DNA of 64,000 nt from an uncultured virus (IMG/VR IMGVR_UViG_3300010338_000756) (IMGVR_UViG_3300010338_000756), one strand, 5' to 3'; shown: positions 18,701-26,174, counted from the first letter of the stretch. The notes: generated by a model from the letters alone, not told the origin. A program made the numbers and translations.

Positions 18701-20701
18701 AGGGCTGTTGAAGTCCTCGCTTTTGCGGATGATGCGCCCGCCCACCTCTGCCCATCCGGCCTGCGTCGCCATGCGGCGCAGCTCCTGCGCCACACGAGGG
18801 TCATCCAGCCGCTCGGCCGTCTCGGTGTCCTCCGAGAATTGCGGGAACCTGTCTGCCGGATCGACGGGCCTGCTGGCCGCCTCGTCTTCCTCTGCAACGA
18901 CGGGCACGGCCGGCTTGGTCTGGTCGGCCAAGTCCAACCCGCCCTTGAATTCCTCGGGCGTGCCCTGCACAACACCCTTGGCGGACTCTTCCATCTTCCT
19001 GCCGAACCGATTCGTCGGGGACGTCGCGGCAGCATGAGCGACGGCGTCGATCTCGGCCGTGTCCGGCGCTGCGGACGGCTTCGCGGCCTTGATCTCAGCC
19101 AGCCTGCGACGCCCCTCTGGAAGCAGTCTCGGCGCGTTGGTCTCCGAGCGCGTCATCCAGCCCGTGTTTTCCAGCAAAGCGGCCTGTTCCGGCGTGGCTG
19201 CGCCGGCAGCCACCGCTTTCAGGGCCTCCCCCTGCTCCGGAGTCACCTGCGCCGCGCTCGGCGCTACGGGCCTCTCCGTGGCTTCTGAGCGATCCTCGGT
19301 CGGCGCCGCGCCCACTTGCGGCTCGCCGGCAGGCATCGTCTCAGTCGGTGCGGCAGGGGCGGCCGGCTCGGCAGGCGCAGCCTGACCAGCCGCTTCGCCG
19401 GCAGGCATCGTCTCGGTCAGTGCGGCAGGGGCGGCCGGCTCGGCAGGCCCGCCCGGGCCGCCTCCGGGCGGCGGCACACCCGCAGCGCCCGGGCCGCCTC
19501 CGGGCGGCGGCACACCCACAGCGCCCTGCCCACGCCCCGAGCGGCGCTTCTGCGGACCCTTGCGCCACTTCTCGCTGCGCCGCGTCTCGGCCAAGTCCTT
19601 GCGAAGCTGCTCGATGTCCTCTTCCAGCGGCGACGCCCCGCCCTCCGCGCCGTGGCTCAACAACAGGGTCGGCCCGCCGAGCAACAACGTCTCGGCCACC
19701 ACGTCGAGCGCCATCTGCGTGCCCTGCTCCGGCGTCAGCGGCTTGGCATTGGCGTACTTCTCGTCGAGCTTCTGCGACAGGTACTGCGAGGCCAACTCAC
19801 CGGGCACCTCGCCCGTCAGGAACGCGAACGCACGCTTGAGGAACGGTAGCCCGGCTTTCAGCACCACCTCGGTCGGCAGCTTCTCGGACAGCGCCTCTCC
19901 GGCACCATTCAGCGCCGCATACGCCTGCTTGTCGGACTCCCGCATCGGCGCATGTCCGAGCGCCTGCTGCTGGCGGTCGTAGGCGTCAATCTGTCCGTAG
20001 GACTGCCCCGAGGCCCATCCGCCGAACATGGACAACGCCAGCGGCTCATTGCGCGTCGCCATCCCGACACCAATGGCTGCCGCAGTCGGCACAATCGAAC
20101 CGGCCGCACCGGAGATGCGTTGAGCCAACCATGGGTCCGTCGGCTCCTGCCCCTCGGCCATCATCTCGGAACCGATCTCGATGGCCTGACGGCCCCGGCC
20201 CTTGAGTTCGGACAGCTTCTTCGTCAACCCGCCCGTCGCCAAGTCCGCGACGAGTCGTGCATCTTCCCCGCCCTCACCGCCCGAAATACGCTCGGCCAGC
20301 GCATCCCGCAGGCCGCCGATTTGCTCGACCAGCCCGCCACCAGCAGCGATCATGCTGCCCTTCATGGCCTGCCATGCGTCACGCCACGTCTCGCCACGCA
20401 GCACCGACTCCTTCACGACCGGCGCCGCCTTGCCGATAGCCCTCAGCGCCGCCGTGACCGGCGTCCCCGGAGGCGGCATCGCACGCGCCTTCTCCGTGTC
20501 GTCCAGCGCCGAGCGCATCGCTTCGCCCGTGCGCTGCGGAACGGACATCTGACGCGCCCGCTCCTGCTCCTGCCTTTCCAGCTCGTCGAAGTAGTTCAGG
20601 CCACCAGTGTCGAAACGCGGCATCCCGGTCGGCGCCACTCGCGCCAACTCGGACTCGCCAGCCCCCACGTCATCGTCGAAGAGGTCGAAGTAGTTCGCCA
20701 T
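6791..20701 (-). CDS. Giant (4636 aa) polyvalent internal-virion/ejection protein
   Basis: One uninterrupted ORF after the internal virion genes; motifs for GNAT, two ART-like (YHGT...F.P.QVKSA) domains, an LPD3-like module, a zincin (HELVGHHG) and a C-terminal LPD38-like region (NFNQRG, LYLFYNAS.QG, PMPYG). Confidence 0.85.
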   Translation of the reverse strand: MANYFDLFDDDVGAGESELARVAPTGMPRFDTGGLNYFDELERQEQERARQMSVPQRTGEAMRSALDDTEKARAMPPPGTPVTAALRAIGKAAPVVKESVLRGETWRDAWQAMKGSMIAAGGGLVEQIGGLRDALAERISGGEGGEDARLVADLATGGLTKKLSELKGRGRQAIEIGSEMMAEGQEPTDPWLAQRISGAAGSIVPTAAAIGVGMATRNEPLALSMFGGWASGQSYGQIDAYDRQQQALGHAPMRESDKQAYAALNGAGEALSEKLPTEVVLKAGLPFLKRAFAFLTGEVPGELASQYLSQKLDEKYANAKPLTPEQGTQMALDVVAETLLLGGPTLLLSHGAEGGASPLEEDIEQLRKDLAETRRSEKWRKGPQKRRSGRGQGAVGVPPPGGGPGAAGVPPPGGGPGGPAEPAAPAALTETMPAGEAAGQAAPAEPAAPAAPTETMPAGEPQVGAAPTEDRSEATERPVAPSAAQVTPEQGEALKAVAAGAATPEQAALLENTGWMTRSETNAPRLLPEGRRRLAEIKAAKPSAAPDTAEIDAVAHAAATSPTNRFGRKMEESAKGVVQGTPEEFKGGLDLADQTKPAVPVVAEEDEAASRPVDPADRFPQFSEDTETAERLDDPRVAQELRRMATQAGWAEVGGRIIRKSEDFNSPDYNVVSRTKWIPKEPWFQELGTRLPQNADYPEVIERALSGGKLNARERRVIAGMAEAADRAVHGDAEQVAADYQALSEAAREIRGSLTGDDIEAYHDFLIAEERAADEWFERERQSAQADEYESVTGKAGREDVRAVASAAGEEAQAVPRRRTRESGEAPFELTSEPSTAQRLADKAREREPTPEQREKADEEAKDFRLTGSERPSDVGMAAGQIDFVGNSMRRRVRRAAVTKPARRETSQADADAFADEIKRRYGLSELSVQVTPRGTLELESIVVPKRDRNAGRGSAAMKALTEFADDRGLEIELQTAQRDMRAGSWGTTSRRRLRKFYRRFGFTLNQGANKRAELSLYTDMYRVPRGRRPLMRRTRDEITRTPAFKRWFGASKALDDDGKPLVLYHGTSEDFEEFYGGPTFPIWLTPDRDVAGQYATRAAVQNKAEREEEDERELDEVPLEELEAQAREGLGQSIYPVYARMLKPLDLSDLGESPSPTRLFEKLQGLGIFGADETADDAIDFLSNPDAPLWKVLDEWDVPRDAQRQGYDSIIISDIGPDGNTHLAYAIFDPSQVKSAVGNTGEFSTESPSLVRRVRAAGSIYSDGFKQWFGDWRRAHALRHLTVFPEVPVVLPAETDLATPDLWKQTTEFYRLNIQGTSVVTETGDTVRFTAVGLKKARFHGADRRIAQTLQAIQPLMKSAVLLEERAPQGGDTEAVKGYNVYGVKVRLNGETQFVKIVTRRSQNEEIYYDHDVTSQKELDSGRPVPGSLAAWLRDAKGTRASMVVDTRGKPLRLYHGTERLDRVDRFRAGRATSGPMPFFTDDPDVASGYAINKRDTSLDDRGYDQWFTVAVPGVTTRQPLTFTWYTMTDEQRNAFNDAMRRIGYDEDGTKIQDNGKGGGLSPDTYDWALREARGNGLKAAIELWLNSGTLFRNEVDFLKVLKLAGIDTRKVQFVDVNRGQPGVIPVYLNLRNPFYTSNVDEEFVERMQKAANRARWRPGRVGVDPWDARAMKPQAWVNELRADLENGTTYAWTSIPPFVVRELKRLGYDGISDTGGKFTDLGHNVWIPFSPDQVKSAVGARFMRRGFMGHFRRDQSDNILNRPEIQQRIKALNTIRRLKQGYFGPNIEIYGSLRDLPRDLARQAEADGIPINKIGGFYWNGTIYLNYLNEAGVFDEADLTESFFHELVGHHGFNVLLSDQEWQEIVDGIWRDMPDRVRLEAENAELDITNPLHRRLAAEEVVARMAGEMLAGHKLTKLEQNVWQRVVAAIRRLLDAMGIVKYYDDRRIAGIIRRAQDLLREPGHEAARRIAGRALYKKRKGIYSSRLMDFLESDMAPNVASATEWKQLLASHSGKSFPKAELEWSQLESLLSSDGPTWSDALGDTLRNWYGRSQNTSGKEGDHRFSDPHVLAEKWGAPPEVRKIIDELDRVTSIEHGKSLVGLLSATEESIASEAGNLATRMWRSRTTVEVTPELMDRFYEAYRAGRTQDDIFTYRTSAAADLMRSNSDEKVELLTELLGENPELFLHSQGVERAKTEGYRFLTPSDFSRAGWGRFVYAPVFSERAEKRIRSAWDRRHKALNDDVIAHYSATGEIAGVQVRADYYPDGEMWELTFPSAPTMFTEQGLSKAVGTPDVSATHDVVASDIIASLRSTLTKLRDAIRNSERPLTELIDRETTDSVLQAIELGGKQGRALAIRMSQLPREVLLDRAYDAFPDIEIRPSGPATLSGEMNEEFDGLLEDDLDEIERKLREALAENQKEYETTDAEMEAHVEQYIADLWPEYVPDAYTAIIDEDDADAVQEVAARLKQEHVTEEAWRHFQETEELPRSASDFTSAGVKMLEDVESIQDQAKELAREVAYRDPPNLYHRDSEAEVYGFYIDREITEESDSGTEWVHVKVSMSWDLRRALELPEGATREWQANFEDAREADEWAAETILRARDRLRLLVGTSTEGQSEIGYHDKGDAEALLTLERPQYAEYRLNRGAGRPLYGERLFGWRNAPASADFPRYRGGHFSDIPEVPNLLAFTRFEILKIPDGRDILWIDETQSDYIKQLIDAMRDYVAAKEKEARALADVRDYINSPLLAEAMGPLLRAELSPEGFRSYVEIAAQFDNQDWHYLREYLISRLRSLEMVPADIESSESWFRAFVRQQAKVSLREGDVDPKVISLFDWTAFKDHLATHFSRKRLWMNTVSDEILLKLIRHESGSVAELPPVYALLRAFATVYSSDAAGGLESEKEEAARVMPRAQAVRLASLREPSTSDEDLHRKFQRVQEWKLDADHYNDVRNRYENADGDERAQLEPRVNEVTKQFYDKWYRDAGESMRDIYPDPPSSVFYDALDVYYDPHANVWAPQALMDRLERRTREMHGSMRIVLQLGVRRAEKPPPYPPMKRYVPMLFAWAVDFAAKHNLAGVGMSMGSMHGKRWRSTTGKYQNVAVSGAVFGRRDIPALTNEVIAPGRFWLDTILLEANPNLTLDHEFIGNDDYFGTRDEINTNLNKHGGLVRLQWSFTRKPSDASVGKQMVTLRSRIAGWVGEHAAAALNDKITDAYKRALRLRGERAVGVLKGEDILADPDVWDNTPAELDAIKKAMARATPNEGRVNLLRENLAKAEKDPKRAKQVAGMRAALARAEAELTNAAATPLYYVVDYLKRGPKKGRVHTIGYTSKDEADSKIPGVVEKLAQVSDFDDASDMLHGVDVAVGGNVPVIWAPTAEHDKSLTIHYGNMENYNNIGLRDIDRFLRQYDAKMTRDAAIVMDGLTRESAVQSGLVPIPIGEERPPEEGVRLNEEVWSRLEVRQALMRPMSPVTGEALLARYERIVDEHPEVAGQRPDVEPKKFYLLVMYGSYQGEPIGFIDTRHGHDSPELAEAEKPRFLLDTVLPTVRTMDVGQQTWLLGRTGIDPTSWPTESVRSAFWSQPVHMMGRLVLFDDAPKLKKASLDDEGFPLVMHTRWRRRAAALGAQATGSPTFDLPEPSRWSALWAQLVYYAQNRFIDLFRTQKAVAAWRRGVGISDAEDAYLKQTLFPGRAEARIEDYEKQFVDPLVQLIKRSGYDWGQVEQFLYARHAPEANARIRFITQNDPRYSSGMSDAEAAAVMSDLARAGDIRKLYEIGAFVDRMTKWARDTMVAEGLQTPETIASWEATYKYYVPLKGWAGEPDAGVMARKGKGFDTGGKFVKARTGRTTLAGDLLANIVAEAHSTIILAEKAKVGRALYDFVTNTPAPDLWTVNEVEYTRYLDPVTGLVRSGVNPSYKLADHVVRVKIGGKDYHITFNPERPEMLRLAAAMKNLSAAEMGKLLGFLHGINRYLSAINTSLNPEFLVTNALRDLQTAMVNLTSEERGDIRLKILRDWRKAWWAVRRGEQGKSGEWAAEWDEFKHLGGKVGWLQAYDSPADLSRELQRKLGPDGYVAWTGEQLRAVGNVIERENVAVENAVRLATFVHLKGAGLSPERAAAAAKNLTVNFNQRGAAGVVLNSLYLFYNASVQGTARLYQTAKSRKGRIVLGGMVAAAIAMDILNRMIGGDDDDKEPLYDKIPEYEKSRNLIVMLPEELRWKRDDGSAVSYLKVPMPYGFNAVYYTGTVLGKYVDYGMIGNRRRLNFGGDAAEVMSAYLGAFSPIGDATSLSQFLLPTLADPFVQLYENKAWYGGKIMPEPSDFDQAPPPDSERYFDTVPVMWRELARELNEITGGTEVTPGKVSISPETFQHFADFMTGGMGRFLTSAADMPIKALDPMEHLATREMAFVRKVVGQIGDRETQETFYGHMSEIAYAKKEIDAIYRMGIATQEGQERLSKVALMYPVALKMVREAFPNYARTSSDEDLDRNIVLRDLKQRATSVGPANAEPRPRLGLRKSITGVLADARGEIKRLERRAGAMPEKERVERIEAQKKIIRDTMIEFNRQWNEVEDATYGERNSGKLYELLSPLISGRSKAEAAKSLTEAGFTSTGQLFASLPAATDRFAREFFEIEAARGAA
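19320..19520 (-). repeat. Two pairs of short direct repeats in the linker of the giant protein
   Basis: PAEPAAPAA.TETMPAGE x2 and GVPPPGGGPG x2, near-identical at DNA level. Confidence 0.85.
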
Positions 20702-20711
20702 TCCTCACCCG

Positions 20712-22211
20712 CTATGGCAGGTTCACGCCTTCCGGCAGGTAGCCGTACTTGTTCAGAAAGTCCTGCGCCAGCGCCGGATTCATGCGCAGCGCCTCGAGCG
20801 CAGCCGCAGGCGCCGGCGCAAAGGGCGCGCGCGGCTGGCGGGGAATGCCCGCCGCTCCACGGCCGCCCGCTCCACGACCGGCCCCGCCGCTGTCACGCAC
20901 CACCCGGCCCTGCATCAGCCTCTTGAACCGATCATCGGCCAGCTCGTTGCGGTAGGCATTCGCCTGCTCGTGCGTCATGTCACGGAATAGCGCGGCATTG
21001 GACTGCATGAACGTGTCGGCCGAACGCTCGGCCAGCGCACGCAGTTCCTCTTCCGTCGCCACCGAAGCCCGCGGGTCCGCCGAGAACTCCAACGCGCGGC
21101 GCCGCACGTCGGCCAGCGCCGAGCCCGTCAGCGGCTCGCCCGTCGCTGGGTCTTTCCCGTAGGTGTCGAGATAGGTCTGGTAGCGCCACTGGCTCTCGAA
21201 GTTGTTCGGCCGGTCCAACTGGCTGCGCGCCCGGATCGGCGTCCCGTCCTCCCCGATGAATGGGATCACCTTGACCTTGCCGTCGCGGATGTCGCGGCTG
21301 TACCCGACCACGCGGCCGTCTTCCGTCGTGATGGTGCCACTGATCCGATTGGCGTCCGCCTCGTCCCGCTGTTGCTCCCGCGCCGCGTCCGCGCCCATGC
21401 GTATCTGCTCAATGGCCGCCGCCTCGCCCAACTGGCTCTTCGCCTGCGCACGCTTGGCTTCGATGGCCGCGCGTCTCGCGTCCCACGCCTCGGCATCCGC
21501 CCGCTGATTCGCCTTGCCCTGCGCATACGCACTCAGCGTGTGCAGGCCCGCCGTGCCGAGGGCAGTGCCGAGGTCTTCCGAGCCTGAGGCCCGCATCAGG
21601 GACAGGCCGAACTGCATCAGCAACAGGCCCTTCTCCCGGCGCGTCAGCGAGCGCGATTCGGGCGGACGCTCGCCGAGTTGGTCCACCATCTGATCGTAGG
21701 CGCTGTCGATGGTCTGCCCACCCGCCTTGAGCGCCTTTTGCAGCGCGCCGATGTCCCGCTCCTGCGTCGCCTTCGGTTGCGACTCGAAGTGCTCGCGAAA
21801 GCTCTTGCCCTGCTCCGCGGGTTCTTTCCCCGCTTCGGGCGCGGCATCCAGTTGACTGTCGTCTGTGGGCTTGACCGTGATCTTGCCCTTCCTCTCCTTC
21901 ATCCGGCCGATCACGTTGCCCACTGCTTCGGCGGCATCGCCCAACGCCGAGCCGCCGCGGTCTTGGGTGAACGCCAGGTCGTGATCGTCGTCGATCAGCC
22001 GCGGCTGCCGGGCCTGCGCCGCCTCTGCCTCGCGCACCATTTCCTTCGTGCGGTCGCGCGTGCTGAGCGGCGTCTGCATGGCCTGCATCGCTGACTGAGG
22101 CGGCTTCGCCATCGCCATCAGGCCGGCGCCCTGCGGATTGACTGGATTCGAGGCCAGCATGGATTGCAGCCTCGCGCTGTACTGTTGCATGTACTGGTCT
22201 AGTGCGCTCAC
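20712..22211 (-). CDS. Putative internal virion (DNA ejection) protein
   Basis: Ala/Gln-rich helical protein with a hydrophobic patch, directly upstream of the giant protein. Confidence 0.65.
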   Translation of the reverse strand: MSALDQYMQQYSARLQSMLASNPVNPQGAGLMAMAKPPQSAMQAMQTPLSTRDRTKEMVREAEAAQARQPRLIDDDHDLAFTQDRGGSALGDAAEAVGNVIGRMKERKGKITVKPTDDSQLDAAPEAGKEPAEQGKSFREHFESQPKATQERDIGALQKALKAGGQTIDSAYDQMVDQLGERPPESRSLTRREKGLLLMQFGLSLMRASGSEDLGTALGTAGLHTLSAYAQGKANQRADAEAWDARRAAIEAKRAQAKSQLGEAAAIEQIRMGADAAREQQRDEADANRISGTITTEDGRVVGYSRDIRDGKVKVIPFIGEDGTPIRARSQLDRPNNFESQWRYQTYLDTYGKDPATGEPLTGSALADVRRRALEFSADPRASVATEEELRALAERSADTFMQSNAALFRDMTHEQANAYRNELADDRFKRLMQGRVVRDSGGAGRGAGGRGAAGIPRQPRAPFAPAPAAALEALRMNPALAQDFLNKYGYLPEGVNLP

Positions 22212-22286
22212 TGTTCGGCCCTCAACCCCACGTCATTCCTCCCATGCCGGCCGGCGCCTCGCCGCCGCCGCCACCACCGCCGCCGC

Positions 22287-23324
22287 CTACCCCTTGTCCG
22301 TTCCCTTCAAGGCCAGCGATCCGCCACCAGTGAAATAGGCCGCTGCCACCGTCGTCACAGCGCCGAGCACTTGCCCCAACGCATTGCCGGATTGCTTGGT
22401 CGTGCTCGTCTGGTGAACCTCGCCCTCCGTGGTCGTGACCACGCCATGCGGCACGGTCGAAAGCGTGCGCAACAGCGGGTCGAGATTCGACACCGACCAG
22501 TCCCGGTTTTCCACGAACTGCTGATAGTCGAAGTCGAGCCCGGCCTGCTCCACGAGGCGGCCCACTCCACCCGTCACCATGAGGTCTTGAATCTGCTCGC
22601 GGTTCATCCGCGAGATGTCACCGCCCGTCTGGCGCCACGCATCCGCGACCCGGGCCAGCCGCTCGTTGTCGCTCCTCCATGCATCGAGCGCGGCACCGAA
22701 CAGCTTGCCGTACCCTTCCGCCGTGGCCCGCCCCTCGGCGCGCTCGGTCTGCCAGTCCTGCCGGGCCTGCTGATAGGCCGCCGCCATCGTCTTGCCGGTC
22801 GTCTCCGCGACCGCGCGGTTGTGTTCGCGCTCCAACTGGCTTTCCAGCATCGTCGCCCGCTCGCCGCCAAAGGCCGATACCCGGGCCGCGTTCCCTCGCA
22901 GGTCGGCAAGCTGCTGGCTGTAGTTCTCGTTCAGTTCCCGCAGTTGCGGGTCGAGCACCTGACGGATGTAGGGGTTCATGTACCGATCCGCGTCGAACGC
23001 CACGTCAGACGCCTCAAGGCGGCTGCGCGCACGATCAAGGTCGGTGTTCTGGAAGGTGTTGCCGTGCAACTCGTCGAGCACGTCACCGCTGCGGCGCACG
23101 ATGTCGGCGCCCTCGGTGTTGTTGGCAAGCTGCTGCGCCCGCCGTTCGCCTGCGGAAAGGCCAGCGACACGCTGCCCCGTGTAGGGCGTGTACTGGCGGG
23201 TCGCGATGTCCCGGGCGAGCCCTACGGCCTGCTGTGAACCCTGCTCAAGCCACTCCGGCAACTTGACTTCGGATCGCCCCCGACTCGTCTGGTCGGTTTT
23301 CGTTGTGCGCTTCTTGCTTCCCAT
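22287..23324 (-). CDS. Putative internal virion (DNA transfer) protein
   Basis: MGSKK.TT start, YTPYTGQRVA and YMNPY motifs, Gly/Ala hydrophobic C-terminus. Confidence 0.7.
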   Translation of the reverse strand: MGSKKRTTKTDQTSRGRSEVKLPEWLEQGSQQAVGLARDIATRQYTPYTGQRVAGLSAGERRAQQLANNTEGADIVRRSGDVLDELHGNTFQNTDLDRARSRLEASDVAFDADRYMNPYIRQVLDPQLRELNENYSQQLADLRGNAARVSAFGGERATMLESQLEREHNRAVAETTGKTMAAAYQQARQDWQTERAEGRATAEGYGKLFGAALDAWRSDNERLARVADAWRQTGGDISRMNREQIQDLMVTGGVGRLVEQAGLDFDYQQFVENRDWSVSNLDPLLRTLSTVPHGVVTTTEGEVHQTSTTKQSGNALGQVLGAVTTVAAAYFTGGGSLALKGTDKG

Positions 23325-23796
23325 CGCTGCTCGCCTTCGGGAGACGCATGAAATTGCCTCCCATGTGAGTGACGCCGCGACGATTGGCGAACACGTGGTC
23401 GATCTCTTGCGGCTGCACCGCCGTCACCCCGTACAGAATCGGGATGCCGGCTTGATCCGCCATCTGCTCCACCTCCGACAGAAGGTGCAGCGCCGTGCCA
23501 CGCGCCCGGAAGGACGGCAGCACGTAGAACCATTCCTCGACCAGAAACCAATCATCGGACCATGGCTCCTGCATCGGCGTCAGGGCGATTGAACCCACCA
23601 GCCGACCGGAGATTTCTGCCACACGAACGCAGAACCGCTCGTCGGCCAAAATTTGGGCGACGTACAACTGCGCCTTGCGTTCGTTCACTCGCGAGACTTG
23701 GACGGCTCGGGATTCCTCCCACGCCATCTTGAGAAGCCGCACGATGTTGCTGTTGTCCAACGGGTGAGCGGCACGGATTTTCAACTCGGATTCCAA
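23245..23796 (-). CDS. GNAT-fold acetyltransferase-like protein in the virion module
   Basis: IRAA..D, VAE..GRLVG, WFYVLPSFRARG.ALHLL; TTG start inferred. Confidence 0.75.
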   Translation of the reverse strand: MESELKIRAAHPLDNSNIVRLLKMAWEESRAVQVSRVNERKAQLYVAQILADERFCVRVAEISGRLVGSIALTPMQEPWSDDWFLVEEWFYVLPSFRARGTALHLLSEVEQMADQAGIPILYGVTAVQPQEIDHVFANRRGVTHMGGNFMRLPKASSDGKQEAHNENRPDESGAIRSQVAGVA

Positions 23797-23883
23797 GATT
23801 CCACCCCGAACAACGCGAACTGCCTGAATGTTATCCCATTTCCAGCCCGGGCGCGTAACCCCCCGCGGCCACGCTGGCACCCA

Positions 23884-24336
23884 TCAAATGTCCCACGCCA
23901 GCTCCCACACGCCGGAAGCCGCGAGCATCACGAGCGCCTTGCCGTGCTGCGACGTGATCGCCGAAGTGCGCGGCGTGCGGATCGTGCCGGTACTGGTGAA
24001 CGTCAGCGTCCCCGTGCCCCCGCGGATGACGATCATGCTCTGCCCCACTGTCCACCCGGTCGGGGTCGAATTCGGCAGCGTGACCGTGATCGCGCTTCCC
24101 GACGTGAATCGCCGCACGGTGCCGGCGTGACCGGGACCAACGGTGAAACTCGTGGACGTGTCCCCGTCCGTGTACTCCGTGGTGATCTCGCTGGAATCCA
24201 CCGCGTCTGCGAAGTTGAGCGCCGTCTGTAGCTGCACGAGGCGCGCGGAAACCTCGTTCAGCTTGCGGATCATCATCTCCCGCGAATCGAGGTCGCGAGC
24301 GTAGAAGGGAACCGCTTGAATCGACGCGAGCTTCAT
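23884..24336 (-). CDS. Tail-associated protein
   Basis: C-terminal beta domain paralogous to the C-terminus of 26757-27830. Confidence 0.7.
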   Translation of the reverse strand: MKLASIQAVPFYARDLDSREMMIRKLNEVSARLVQLQTALNFADAVDSSEITTEYTDGDTSTSFTVGPGHAGTVRRFTSGSAITVTLPNSTPTGWTVGQSMIVIRGGTGTLTFTSTGTIRTPRTSAITSQHGKALVMLAASGVWELAWDI

Positions 24337-26174
24337 CACCGCTTCCCGTATGGCGTCGCGAGCGCCTGCCACACCGACATGCGCCACCAATCGCCGACGG
24401 CGGACGAGGACACCCTGAGCCGCGCCTCAGCACTGCGAAAGCGCACGGGCAGGTGCTCCGTGCTAGCCGTGACCGTGATCGACGCCGGCGCCGTCATCGC
24501 CGTGGACTGCGGGAAGCGACGCAGGTTCGTCACCTCGAACGTCGTGGACCCGATCAGCGTGTCGAAGTCCGGCACCATGTCGTTCACCAGCATGAACAAC
24601 CCGCTCTCGCCGGCAACTCGAATGCCGTGACTCTCGATGTACGCCGTAAGCGCCGACGTGTGATCGTCCACGCCGGACTCGTGCAGGTAGACGTATCCGC
24701 CCTGCAAGCCAATCGGCACGAACTTGAGCACGTTCGAGTCCACCAGCATCGTGCGATTCATGGTCCCCGTGTACCAGCAGTTCAGCAGGTAGTTGTACAC
24801 CACGTATCGGTCAGGCTCGCTGGACGCTGCGCTCGCGTACAGCCACCAAATCTCGTTGCGCGCCGTGATGCTGCCCGCGAAGCACTTGTCGGACTGGCTC
24901 TTGTTGTAGTTCTCGAATACCTCGGTCCACACGTCGCAGGGCATCGCACGCACCACACCGCCCTCAGCGACGTAGAAGTTCCCGAAGCCCATCCAGTACG
25001 TCACGCCGTCGACGTCTACGGCCGCGTTCGCCCCCATGATCGACAGCCCACCCGCAACGTGCCGCGGCGCACCGAAGTAGTACGGCGGCCCCACGTTTTG
25101 CAGGAAGTACAGCGCCGTGTCCGTGAACACGTTCACGCCGCCCGTCGTGAGCACGCCGGTCACGATGCGCGATCCGTCATCGAGCCGTCGCGATCCCGCG
25201 GAATTGTCTGGCGCCGCCACCCATGTAGTGAAGTCCTCGGCGTCGCACCACCCATAGAGCATCTTGTCCTGATTCCCGCCGCCAGCGGGATTCATGCCAA
25301 GTGCCATGACGGTGCGATCATCGCCGAGCACGATCATGTGTTCGATGTTGTCCGGTGCCTGCGTGACTTCCGTGGCGCGCGTGCCCGTACCATTTGTGCG
25401 ATCCCACCAATACAGCGTGCGCCCATTTGGAGACGCCAGAAGGTCTTCGCCCCATCGTTGCAGGGACCAGACTCTGATCTTGGAAACGTAGGTGGTTGCT
25501 CCCGCCACACCATATCCGCCACCCCCGTAAGGCCCTACACCGTACCCGCCGATGGCGGCATTGTTCGCGTTGCCGGAGTTGATCTCGTAGACGATTGTTC
25601 CCGACGTACCGCCTCCCGGCCCCGCCGTTGAGGTCGCCGTCGAAGTGTGCTCGAACCGATAGTTGTTCGTGTCCACGATCTCCGTGACTTCGTGCTCGCC
25701 ATTCATGTCGAGCCCGCCCACCGAGCTGAACCCGGAGATGGTCACGATGTCCCCAACCGCCGCTCCGTGCGTCGAATGCGTCACCGTGACCGTCGCGTCC
25801 CCGTTGACCGTCGAGAACGGATTGTCCGGCGAGGTCGTCGCGCGAATCGGCGTGATGTTGTGCAACTCGTCGTTGTTGATGAGGTACAGCCGCTGTTGCG
25901 TCCCGAACGCGAACCACCGCTCACCGTCGAGCGATGACCACTGTAACCCGGATCGTGCGGCACCCTGATACACCGCGCTGGTGAGGTTGTCCCCGACCGT
26001 CAGGTCCAGACGTTGCCAACCCGCCATCTTCTCCGGCCGACCGGACTGCCCGAAGCGCACCTTGTCGCCACCGATCCAGCGCCCAAGCGAGCGCGTCCCG
26101 CTGCCGGAGTCGTTCGAGTAGAACCCCGGTTGCATCTCGATGTCGCGGTATTCGGCGGCTCGCGGTCCCATCAA
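24336..26174 (-). CDS. Tail nozzle / DNA stabilisation protein (P22 gp10 / T7 gp12-like)
   Basis: About 610 aa, beta-rich; RW..GDKVRF..GRPEK, YWMG..NFY, NEIWWLY, DRYVVYNY motifs; position in the tail module. Confidence 0.75.
   Translation of the reverse strand: MMGPRAAEYRDIEMQPGFYSNDSGSGTRSLGRWIGGDKVRFGQSGRPEKMAGWQRLDLTVGDNLTSAVYQGAARSGLQWSSLDGERWFAFGTQQRLYLINNDELHNITPIRATTSPDNPFSTVNGDATVTVTHSTHGAAVGDIVTISGFSSVGGLDMNGEHEVTEIVDTNNYRFEHTSTATSTAGPGGGTSGTIVYEINSGNANNAAIGGYGVGPYGGGGYGVAGATTYVSKIRVWSLQRWGEDLLASPNGRTLYWWDRTNGTGTRATEVTQAPDNIEHMIVLGDDRTVMALGMNPAGGGNQDKMLYGWCDAEDFTTWVAAPDNSAGSRRLDDGSRIVTGVLTTGGVNVFTDTALYFLQNVGPPYYFGAPRHVAGGLSIMGANAAVDVDGVTYWMGFGNFYVAEGGVVRAMPCDVWTEVFENYNKSQSDKCFAGSITARNEIWWLYASAASSEPDRYVVYNYLLNCWYTGTMNRTMLVDSNVLKFVPIGLQGGYVYLHESGVDDHTSALTAYIESHGIRVAGESGLFMLVNDMVPDFDTLIGSTTFEVTNLRRFPQSTAMTAPASITVTASTEHLPVRFRSAEARLRVSSSAVGDWWRMSVWQALATPYGKR

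Noticed and set aside
6791..20701. Giant protein as a virion RNA polymerase (N4- or crAss-like)
   Set aside because: No DxDxD-type or T7-like polymerase motifs seen by eye; motifs fit polyvalent-protein domains. An HMM search would be decisive
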